A stretch of 64,000 nt of DNA, from positions 1,674,001 to 1,738,000 of the forward strand of contig CATNEN010000031.1 of assembly GCA_950097015.1 (NCBI GenBank), written 5' to 3'. Below the pieces are notes generated by a model, which was not told the DNA's origin, searched no databases, and saw nothing but the letters and a program-made list of their open reading frames with translations. Source of the DNA: Macrostomum hystrix (lineage: Eukaryota > Animalia > Platyhelminthes). Position numbers and translations under genes: made by a program. Positions within the stretch are counted from its first letter, which is position 1, and the number at the start of each line of letters is the position of its first letter. Shown here piece by piece: positions 41,401 through 53,400 of this stretch.

Positions 41401-44400
41401 GGTGAGACTAGACCAGCATTCAGCGAGGAGCCGATTCTGCTCATTTCACTGACTCCTGAGCACACGCGCACACAGGTGTGCACATCTGCCCTGACTTTCT
41501 AGTTTTATAGCAGTGTACACTCTCACTGTGCCTTGGAGGTTGGTCCTCAAGGGCATAAATTGCATGACAAGCCCGCAAGCCTTCTCTCTGCGGCTGCGTC
41601 CCAAATGAATGTGGCCTCGCCACGGAATCGAGCTCAGGGACCTTGGGGCGAGAGGCAAACGTGTTGGACCTCTCTGCCACTCACCACCCTTAATAGTTGG
41701 CTGAACTGAAGCAATGCAGAAATAAAGTGTCTTGCTAAAGGACACAAATTGCTCCTGTGGAGTCAGGAATCTAACCACCGACCTTGAAGTAGTGAGTCCG
41801 ATGCTCCAATACGCCGCAAAACCTTGTGTTTCAAATTTTAGCTAAATATTTTTAATAGCTGAAAAGTACACAAGGCATATAGTTATACTCTAATAGACTA
41901 ATCGAGCATATACTGCGTAGATCTTAAAAAAAATATCAAAGCGGTTTGTTTTGAAACTAAAAACTCGCGCACCCTCTCAGAACTAAGCAAGCTTCAGCAC
42001 AGACACACAAGGAATCACCGAATAGTATATAAATTATTTATATAAGCTCAGCAACTGCAGCGCCAGAGGAACCGTTTTTTGTGCATCAACTGTGTGTGGG
42101 AAAGCAAATGAAACGGGAGCCACAGAAAGAAGCAGTTTAGAAATCAACTTTGGCGGCGAGCGAAAAAAATACGATAGAGCTAGGACGAGGGAGAGAGTGC
42201 AAATCATTACAGATTTTGTTCTAAAAATTAACTTCTTTTTTTTTAAATGAAATTTTAATTAACTAAATATGAATTGTAAAAAGCAGGCATGCTAACAGAT
42301 TTCGGTTTCGCTGGCTATGTCGGCGGCTTGGAAACATCAGAAGACTAAGGAAGATATAAATTAGTATGTTTGAGTAGACCAAATAGGCCCAGCTAGGCTA
42401 AACAGAGTTGTATATAAATATCTATAGATATGGTCGCCATGGTTACTAGATCGAAAAGGCGGGTGTCTATTATTTTATATGCTTCAGACCAAAACTTTAA
42501 TTCTCGGCAATCCAAACAAATAAATTTTTCAAGGTTGTTGCCTAGTGATAAGAGCATCAAACTCACGACTTGAAGGTCGGGAAGTTCGATTCCTAACTTT
42601 ACTGATACACAATGTGTCCTTTAGAATGACACTTAACACTGCGTTGCTTCAGCTCACTCAGACGTTCAATTTGAGGTTAGGTATGGCGTCCCCCCCAGTC
42701 CATGGACTGAACAGCCGTACGCAGCCTTCCAATTCGCCTGTACTGTCGGCTGCTTATCTGACCCAATTATTAGCGAATATGAGTTCAAAAGTGCACAAAC
42801 TTTGGTACCAATATCTAGCTAGTGTAGTATAGTAGGTCACTAGACTAGACCATTATAAAGAGAGGACTAGCTATAATATTAGCCTAAGACCCGTAAAGAA
42901 AAAATCTGATATCGGAATCGGTCCTCGAAAAAATAACAAAAAGGACTACTATAAAACTATAAAAACTCTATATTAGATATAGGCTATGAAACATCCAATA
43001 AGTATACTGATAAGTCAAGATCCAAGCTATTGAATCGAATAAACAGATAAAAAAGGAAGGCGGCATTGTCCCACAGACAGGCTCCCCCCCCCAAAATTGC
43101 CCACCTCAACATCGCCATCGTTGGGCCTTGAAAACCAAATCAAGCAAAGAAGACCAGAGACAGGGTGGCCTGTCAAATAAACCTCCCCCTTCCAGCCGCA
43201 CTCCCAGCTGTGACGGAATTGCGGAAAAGCTCAGGACTTGATTAGACAGTGATGACGTGGAGGTAGGCCTACGCGCGCGTGAAAAAGGCTCACGCGATGC
43301 TCTGTCTCTCTGTCTCTCTGTCAGCAACTGTCGCCGTAGCCGCCTCGCCCTTAGAGATTAACAAAACCAGCCAAACAGGATTGGACTGGACGATTGTGAT
43401 CTTCAAGTCAAGTTACTCACCGCCATCTCTCTCCGGCTCTCTCAATTCTGTTGCCTAACCTCCCCCCGCCCCAGTTGATTGTCGTTTTGCCGCTCTGTAA
43501 ATAATTTTTCTGCATCTGAGTGGCAGACAACGGCTACGGGGCGAGACTAGGGGAGGGGGACATTCTGAGCTAGTAGGAGAGTGTGGCGAGTGCATTATTC
43601 ATTTCAACACACAACAGCCTAACTCCATAATGTGATAGGAGACTGAGTGGTTAGAGGAGGAAATAAAAAAACACTCAGAGAGACAGTCACAGCAGAAGCA
43701 GAAAGGAAGGCAAGAGGGAAGGGTAGGGATGCGGGCCACAATTTTGCCTATCCCTCCCCTCCGCATCTCCCTCTCCCCACTCAAGTCCTCAGCAGAGCGC
43801 CAGGGTTCTATTCCTGCATATGAATATATATTAGACCACTCGGTACCTTTTGTATCCCATTCTCTCAATTGTATTTTTCTACTTCATAATTTCTCTCTCG
43901 TTTTTCTTTGCTATAGCCGTTGTCCCAAATTTTCTGTCTGCTAAAAAAGTATTGGAACAAAAAATACAGTGGAGAGAGGACAGCTCTAGGATTTGAAGGG
44001 ATTGAAGGGAAGGCAGAGAGACGGGAAGGCGATGGGGATTTTTTGACGACGGAATATCACAGCCAGACCGCATGGGAGTTGGGGAGGGAAAGAAATGAGA
44101 ATGAGAAGGGAAGAGATGCCTAGATCCCACAATCTGTCTGGCTCTCTCTCCCTTCAAGCTCCAGTCCTGTTTGTCCCTTGAATTGAGCAGCCAGCAGCTC
44201 TCAAACTGTGGCGGAGGGTTTGTGACAATTTTGCACTAACAGCCTTGGACTGCTAGTTAGTCTAAGTAACGGCCGTGTATGCAAACTACGGCATAATCTG
44301 AAGAAAAGTACTTTAGCGCGACCCTCAGACGCATATATTACTTACCGGAGATGATTGAATAGACCAGTTGCCCACTTCGACCAGAATCCAAATCAAAGGC

Positions 44401-47400
44401 GTACAATTGCATCAACGGATAGCCAGTCCGCACGTTGGCAAGGACGCTGGTGCTTAGCAACGCTGGCTCCTGCGGAATTAGAGACATTCTATCCAGAGCC
44501 ATGGCCTGCGCTTGCCTGTCGGCGAGTGTGGCATTAGCCGGCAGATGTGGCAGAGCTGGCCGCGCAGTCACCACCATCGGGTAGTGCTCATTCTCGTTGG
44601 CCACCGACACGATGACTCGGGCCAGACCGACCCTTCGGTTGGCGGCGAAGGAGTCTACAGCGCGAACTATCAGCTCGTGCGTAACCGAAGCTTCGTGATT
44701 CAACTGTGGCGACGGCGAGGGCAGGGCGATTAGGCGACCGGTCAGGGGCTCCAGGCTGAAGTGGTCGAGGCTGGCAGACTGGGCGGCGTCAACCAGAGCG
44801 AATTGCAGCTGGCCACCCGGCCCCGGATCCGGATCGGTGGCGGCCACTTGGAGCAGCTGACGACCGCCTGCGGCGCCCTCAGTGACGGAGGTGTAATAGA
44901 CCGGCTTACTGAACATCGGCGAGTGCCGGTTGGCTTGGACTATGTTCAGCAGCAGCTGCGGGTGATTGAAACAAAACAAGACAATAGCAGCGCTAAGTAA
45001 GCCGTATCAGTCCTCGGAAATTCTACAAATCCCAAATGGCAGTCACATTTCCCTATAACCTAGAGAAGCCATTTATCTAAAAACAACTACATTGCCATTT
45101 CCCAGAAAGTAGCAGTGCCATTTCTCTGAAAGTGGCAGTGCCATTTCTGCGAAAGTAGCAGTGCCATTTCTCTGAAAGTAGCAGTGCCATTTCTCTGAAA
45201 GTAGCAGTACTATTTCTCTGAAAGTGGCAGTGCCATTTCTGCGAAAGTAGCAGTACCATTTCTCTGAAAGTGGCAGTGCCATTTCTGCGAAAGTAGCAGT
45301 GCCATTTCTCTGAAAGTAGCAGTGCCATTTCTCTGAAAGTAGCAGTACCATTTCTCTGAAAGTGGCAGTGCCATTTCCCTGAAAGTAGCAGTGCCATTTC
45401 TCTGAAAGTGGCAGTGCCTTTTTCTAAAAAGTGGCATTGCCATCTGTTAAAAATGTTATCATGCATCGCTTCGTAATTTTAAAAGCCAACTCCTCAGTCT
45501 TATCATTATACAAATATCGATTATTGATTAATGAATGTTTGCTCAAGCTAGGAAGTGCTTGGTACACATAGGTAGGATTGAGAATTTCCCGTGCCAATTG
45601 AAAATGCACTTTTAAATAGCAATAAATTATCATCACAATCATTAAAGTCATCGGCCCACAGATATGGTCTGTGGCCGGAGACGGCTACAGAGCATAATAC
45701 GCGGTAAGTACATAAATTATGCAAGAAGTCAAGTAGACAGAAAAAACTGCCATGAGAAAACAATTTATACTATAAAACCGATAGAAAATCCTCGATGGAT
45801 TTAATAATACAGCTGTACTAATAATCTCCGGCATATTTAGTCTATTCTATATTAAAAGGGCAATAAACAATCTTAGTGACTTTTATGATCTAATGACCTT
45901 AGATACCAAGGACTCGCACCAAGGTACCTGAGCTCGACGTTTCCCAATAGGATCTAGATTATTTTTCGCTGCGCAAAATAATTGAAAAAAAAAGAATAAA
46001 CTAAAAGAGCTAGAATGCTGTGGAATGTGGAACATTGTATAAATTAAAAAGTGACAGTTCAGGAAAAATTCATGTCTTGATCTAACTGCGGCTACGCTGA
46101 AATTGGGCCTCTGACCTGTACAAAAATTCCTGTCTCATAATATGAAAATATTTAGCATTAAGATGCTAAAGTGCGCCATTTTCACTTTTAAATTGGTTGA
46201 TGCGGAAAACAATGCACAGACTACAGACGCAAAAAAATGTAACGAACCGGTTTGCGCACATGTGTGCACTAACTGTGTAACTGGGCCTATCATTTACCTT
46301 CTTTTTCTAAGAGCCTTTTAGAATGCTAGTGGTGTGGTTACATCTGAATTCATATTAAGATTAATTTACTAACAGATATTGAGGTTTAGATAAAAAATTA
46401 TAATTAATCTGCCTTGTCAATGAATAATTAAACTTAATCAATGAAAACTTAGTAAAACTGGATAGCCAATATCTCTAATCTAAACTGGATCGCCAATATC
46501 TCTAATCTAAACTGGATCGCCAATATCTCTAATGTAAACTGGATCGCCAATATCTCTAATCTAAACTGGATCGCCAATATCTCTAATCTAAACTGGATCG
46601 CCAATATCTCTCATCTAAACTGGATCGCCAATACCTCTAATCTAAACTGGATCGCCAATATCTCTAATCTAAACTGGATCGCCAATATCTCTAATCTAAA
46701 CTGGATCGCCAATATCTCTAATCTAAACTGGATCGCCAATATCTCTAATCTAAACTGGATCGCCAATATCTCTAATGTAAACTGGATCGCCAATATCTCT
46801 AATCTAAACTGGATCGCCAATATCTCTCATCTAAACTGGATCGCCAATATCTCTCATCTAAACTGGATCGCCAATACCTCTAATCTAAACTGGATCGCCA
46901 ATATCTCTAATCTAAACTGGATCGCCAATATCTCTAATCTAAACTGGATCGCCAATATCTCTAATCTAAACTGGATCGCCAATACCTCTCATCTAAACTG
47001 GATCGCCAATATCTCTAATCTAAACTGGATCGCCAATATTTCTAATCTAAACTGGATCGCCAATATCTCTAATCTAAACTGGATAGCCAATATCTCTAAT
47101 CTAAACTGGATCGCCAATATCTCTAATCTAAACTGGATCGCCAATATCTCTAATCTAAACTGGATCGCCAATATTTCTAATCTAAACTGGATCGCCAAAT
47201 GTCTAATCTAAACTGGATAGCCAATATCTCTAATCTAAACTGGATAGCCAATATCTCTAATCTAAACTGGATCGCCAATATCTCTAATCTAAACTGGATC
47301 GCCAATCTTTCTAATCTACACTCGATCGCCAATATTTTATGCTACAGTCGATCATTTATAGCTAAATAATTAGGGGATGTTCAATGTAAATTCGGAGAAA

Positions 47401-50400
47401 CCGAGAATACATGGCAGCGTTGAACTGTAATTTGAAAGAAGCCTAACAATACGGCATCGCAAATAAAGTTTTACTGCTAACTCACCAGCTTGCTCTGTTG
47501 CCTATAGCCGTGCGTGGCGCCAACAGTCAGATTGTAAACCGACTGACGGCTGTAGCTCAACCGTCTGGTTAGCAGGAGGCGGCCGCCATTCTGAGACAAA
47601 TAAAAGTCCTCACTGCCCGGGCCTGGGGGTAACGGCGGGAAAATGATTAAATTAAAAAAATTACGATTTAGAAGCAAGATACTGAAGCAATTTTATCTCC
47701 AAGAAGCTGCTGTGTAGTAGATAAGTTATTAGTAGACATAAGACTCGTTAATTCTCAGAACAATGTGACTATGTAGATAGACAAGTGGACAATCTGTGGA
47801 CTTGAAGGTCGGGGGTTCGATTCCTGACTCCACAGCAAAAAAAACTGCAATTTAGCAAGACACTAAACTCTAAACTGATCTAGATCACCCAGATACTAAA
47901 TGGGTACCTGCATTACCTGCATTGGGGTAATTGAGGATGGGTCCATGGACTGGTCCAATTTCTGCGGCATTGCTTTTAGATTAATAGACCTCATATACGT
48001 AAATGACAGGTGATGACACGTGAATCCCTTGTTGAGACTGAAACTTCGGACCTCTCTGTCAGAAGTCCGGCACTCTAACCACTTGGCAACCGCACCTGAT
48101 GAGGTGATGATGAAAAACAGTGACATAAATGAGACCTCACCAGTGAGCGTGAACAGCACGTCGGCAGCCACAGCTGACATTGGAGTGATGAGTAGATTTG
48201 GAACGCTATCCTGAGGCCTCAAATGCTCAGCCAGCTGCATACTTCTATCCCCAGCTGTGTTGACTATTTCGAACAGGTCCAGATCGTCGGTGGCGCCGTC
48301 TGGTAGGGCAGGCGGTTGCGCAATGGTCACGTGTACAGAGGCCATGGCTGATAATTCTTTATTGTTAGCGTCCCTAGCAACCACAGCAAATCTGGCAGCG
48401 CTAGGTGAATTAGAAGTGGAATCTAGGCGCAGCATTCGGCGCGAGATGAATAATTGGCCTGTAGATTGGCCAATCTGGATGCCCGGCACTGCCGGCTCCA
48501 TCGAATAGACCGTGGTGCCATTCTCCAGCAGGTCCGGGTCAATGGCTGGCAGCCGGGTCAACAGTAACTGCTCGTCAGGCACTGCGACAATGTTCAGATG
48601 GGTTTATTTGGCGATGTGTAAATTTTTTTCTGTCATTTATCCTGACTCTCGCACTGAGGTATGAGTACTTGCAAAGGCAACGGCTCATCATCTGGTGACA
48701 CTAGACCCGCAGCCAGCGAGGAGGCAATTTCGCCGACCATTTCGCTGACTCCTGAGCACACACGCACAGATACTGTACGCAGGCTCACACTTGCACACAG
48801 GTGTGTACATCTGCCCTGACTTTCTCATCGTCAGGCAGTGTACACTCTCACAGTGCCTTGGAGGTTGGCCCTCAAGGGTGTAAATTGCACGACAAGCCCC
48901 CAAGCCTTCTCTCCGCGGCTGCGACCCAAATGTGGCCTCACCGCAGAATCGAGCTCAGGGACCTCGGTGCGAGGGTGCGAGAGACAAACGCGTTAACTGC
49001 TCTGCTAGCCTGCTAAAATGAAATGCAAGTCCCAAATTCAGAACTAAGCGTCAAACATCAAAGTATGTAATATTAAATTCACTAATCAGTGAAACTCCAT
49101 TAGCCTAATCCTGTGACAGATGCGGAGAATTCATTAATTATAATAAGCTAGCCCAGTCATTCACAAAGCGCCCTATTGAGACACACAACAGAGCAATTCG
49201 ACTAATGGGAATGGCCTATGCCAACTATACGGCTATTGATACTTAGGGATATATTGGCAGATTGCTGTCGATTGCTAGCGGGAGAATCTGAGGGAGGGTA
49301 ATTATGCAATTATGCAATTACTCTTTCATGGGGAGACATAAACTATTCTAATATGTGGCCGCTGAAATTGCAGCTTGTAAATTATATCAGGTAGAATCAG
49401 GTAAGCAACATTGCAGCCTATTACAGTATTTTGATCGTAGAGCATTTAAAACTGACGCAGATTTTAAAGTCTTTGCAGGTCAGGTATTCAAGCGACTAAT
49501 TCCTACCTGAACAATGCACGTAACAAAGAGAGCAAAGCAGTTTATTATCTAAAGGATGAATGACAATATGATTTCTAAGGTATTATGTGAGTCGCACCCA
49601 AGGGATTAAGGAACAAACACCGAGGGATTAAGGAATTTGCTAGAAGGGATTAATGAAATCGCATCCAAGGGATTAATGAAATCACATGCAAGGGATTAAT
49701 GAAATCACATGCAAGGGATTAATGAAATCACATGCAAGGGATTAATGAAATCGCATTCAAGGGATTAATGAAATCGCATCCAAGGGATTAATGAAATCGC
49801 ATCCAAGGGATTAATGAAATCACATGCAAGGGATTAATGAAATCACATCCAAGGGATTAATGAAATCACATGCAAGGGATTAATGAAATCGCATTCAAGG
49901 GATTAATGAAATCGCATCCAAGGGATTAATGAAATCGTATCCAAGGGATTAATGAAATCGCATCCTAGGGATTAATAAAATCACATCCAAAGGATTAGGA
50001 AATTGCATCCATTAATGATTAAGGAAATAAGGAACTAAGGATACCTTAACCAATAGGCCAAAGGAGATATAAAAAGGTAAAACTGCTCCCCGCTTACCAT
50101 CCGCAGTGCCGCTCTCGGCAATGGCGGTCACTTTGAACAGCGGCGACACAAATCTTGGCGGCGAATCGTTGACGTCCAGCACGGCAATGTCCACTAGCAG
50201 GCTGCTACTGAGCGGCGGCGCTCCAGCATCCGTTAGGCTGATTGTGAGCAGGAATTCCTCGGCTGTTTCTCGATCGATAGCCAACTCTGTGGTTGTTATT
50301 CGGCCTGCCAAACAATAGAGATTGGACGATGAAGTTTTGCGGCATTTTTTAAGCCTTGGGGATCGCCAACTGTGGGATTTAAAGCTTTAAGAATCGCCAG

Positions 50401-53400
50401 CTGTGGGATTTTAACCCTTGGGGATCGCCAGCTGTGGGATTTTAAGCCTTAAGGATCGCCAGCTGTGGGATTTAAAGCCTTAGGGATCGCCAGCTGTGGG
50501 ATTTAAAGCCTAAGGGATCGCCAGCTGTGGGATTTTAAGCCTTAGAGATCGCCAGCTGTGGGACTTTAAGCCTTAGGGATCGCCAGCTGTGGGATTTTAA
50601 GCCTTAAGGATCGCCACCTGTGGGATTTTAACCCTTGGGGATCGTAAGCTGTGGGATTTTAAGCCTTAGGGATCGCCAGCTGTGGGACTTTAAGCCTTGG
50701 GGATCGCCAGCTGTGGGATTTTAACCCTTGGGGATCGTCAGCTGTGGGATTTTAAGCCTTAGGGATCGCCAGCTGTGGGACTTTAAGCCTTAGGGATCGC
50801 CAGCTGTGGGATTTTAAGCCTTAGGGATCGCCAGCTGTGGGACTTAAAGCCTTAAGGATCGCCACCTGTGGGATTTTAAGCCTTAGGGATCGCCAGCTGT
50901 GGGACTTTAAGCCTTTGGGATCGCCAGCTGTGGGACTTTAAGCCTTGGGGATCGCCAGCTGTGGGATTTTAAGCCTTAGGGATCGCCAGCTGTGGGATTT
51001 TAAGCCTTAGGGATCGCCAGCTGTGGGATTTTAAGCCTTAGGGATCGCCAGCTGTGGGATTTTAAGCCTTAGGGATCGCCAGCTGTGGGACTTTAAGCCT
51101 TTGGGATCGCCAGCTGTGGGACTTTAAGCCTTGGGGATCGCCAGCTGTGGGATTTCAAGCCTTAAGGATCGCCAGCTGTGGGATGTTTAAGCTAGTAGTC
51201 TTGAGCATAGGGACTCCAATTTTTGATGTTGTGAACTGTACAACAGTGAGTTTTAGATTGCTATTAAAAATACATATTTGCGTAACAGTAGGAATTTCAT
51301 GGAATCCTATGATAATAATAACAATTAATACATAGATTTTTTTACAAATTTGAAAGGCACGAGGTGCAAAATTAGCACAAGGTACTAACTGACAGTCTGA
51401 CACTGGGCCAAATCTAAATGTAAAAATTAACGGTCCGAACAATGAAAATCAGGAGCCGCTAAGCTGGCCACGTGAAATATAAACTTCTATTGAAGTAGTT
51501 TTCACTGTCTCGAAGTGTCAAATTAGAACAATAAATATTGTTATAACACTTAAATTGTCATTATATCGTTTTATGTTTTCAATGACTAAAAACTACAGAG
51601 AATAAAAAACCGGGTGCTTACCTGTTTGAGAATCGATAGCGAAATGTCCAGCCTTGTTGCCATCGGTGATAGCGTAGGCTATGCTAGCATTGCTGCCCAG
51701 ATCCTGGTCAAGTGCGGGTATGCCGGCCAGTAGCACAGTGCCGGCCGGAGCACCCTCAGCGATCTCCAATCGGTAGTGAGTCTGCTCAGCTGCCATCGGC
51801 TTGTAATCGTTGACATCCTCTAGGGCAATGTAGACATTACAGATTGATATTTTCTCCTCGGCGTGGGTGGCCAGTGATTGGCCGGAGCGGAGATAGGCGT
51901 GTACAGTCAGCCAGTGCCCGGTGGGGTGGCTCTCGCGGTCCAACTGGCCGCGGGTTCGAATCTCGCCTGGAATTTTTTCGGCAATAAATTTAATAGTTAG
52001 GTTGTGCTTAAATAAAATGTGATGAAGTGTCTGTAGCAAATAAGGAATGACGATACCCAAGGCTTAAAATCCCATAGCTGACGATCCACAAACGGATTTC
52101 TGGCAGTTTAGACACTGGGAAATGACGGGTTTCTGGCAGTTTAGACACTGGGAAATGACGGATTTCTGACAGTTTAGACACTGGGAAATGACGGGTTACT
52201 GACAGTTTAGACACTGGGAAATGACGGATTACTGACAGCTTAGACACTGGGAAATGACGGATTACTGACAGTTTAGACACTGGGAAATGACGGGTTTCTG
52301 GCAGTTTAGACACTGGGAAATGACGGATTACTGACAGTTTAGACACTGGGAAATGACGGGTTTCAAACTGCAAACTGCACACAAACTGCTATTTTGAAAA
52401 ATAAATACTATATGTTCAGTAGCAAGGCAACCATACTTCATTTACTTCCCAAAATAGTAAAAGTGCACAGTGTTTGGTCCTTCCAGTGGAGTCTAATAGT
52501 AACCAGCCACTAAAAGTACAAAATATAGTTTTCCTGCATACTAACGCCTTAGCTAATAGGCTAATGCTAGCGTGTTGACTTTCACAACTCCACAGAGACT
52601 TGGCCATCTGTTTTCACTTGCACACTGCACCAATATAAAGTGCAGAAATGGGATTAGAGGAAAAAAACATAAGAGTAGCTGGCATTATTTGTGCATTTTC
52701 TTATTTGGCTGCTTCAATTGGGGGTCGGATAATAAAGAGGGATAGAGAAGGGTTTTCTATTTCTAGGATCATTTCAGTGCGGGGGAATAATTGAACTCTC
52801 CCAGATCTCATCTAGGTATATCGGAATACAAGTGTGGGTCGCGTGTATGTAACACACTAAACTAGTCCTCTAGGCCACGCGTAAATACAAGCACGACAAG
52901 GAATCAGAGAAGCCAGCAATTTAATTGGTTCCTAGTCTACATAAAGTAAAGTATCAAACTGTAGACTTTAAGCAAGGTAAGCGAGTCTTTGAGCACACTT
53001 AAACACTATTAAAAGACAAGGAAACTTTCACTAATAAAGCAATTTGTGCGTTTGTATCGAATATTTAGCTATTATGCTAAAACTTGGGGGGGGCCAATTC
53101 GTGTCTGGGGTGGCGAATAACGATAATTACAATAGTTTCCTTACTAGCTATTGCACCGCTTCCAATAGGGCGAGGTAGGGTAGTGATTCTAAAACAGGCA
53201 AAGAACGGGGCCGGGCAGGAAAGAAATGTTTTGCATGCGCATGTAACAAAGTTATTTTCTTTTAACAAGGTAAAACAGTCTAGCCCGAGGATTCTACCTT
53301 CCTTTCCGTTTAAGTAGCCTAGCCCAGTGGTCAGAGCTTCACGCTTACGACTTGAAGGTCCGGGGTTCAATTCCCGACTCTACTGGAACAACAAGAGCCA

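Noticed and set aside
718-52364. Regular 22-42-bp repeats as CRISPR arrays
   Set aside because: Units are head-to-tail with no unique spacers, the context is eukaryotic introns, and there are no cas genes.
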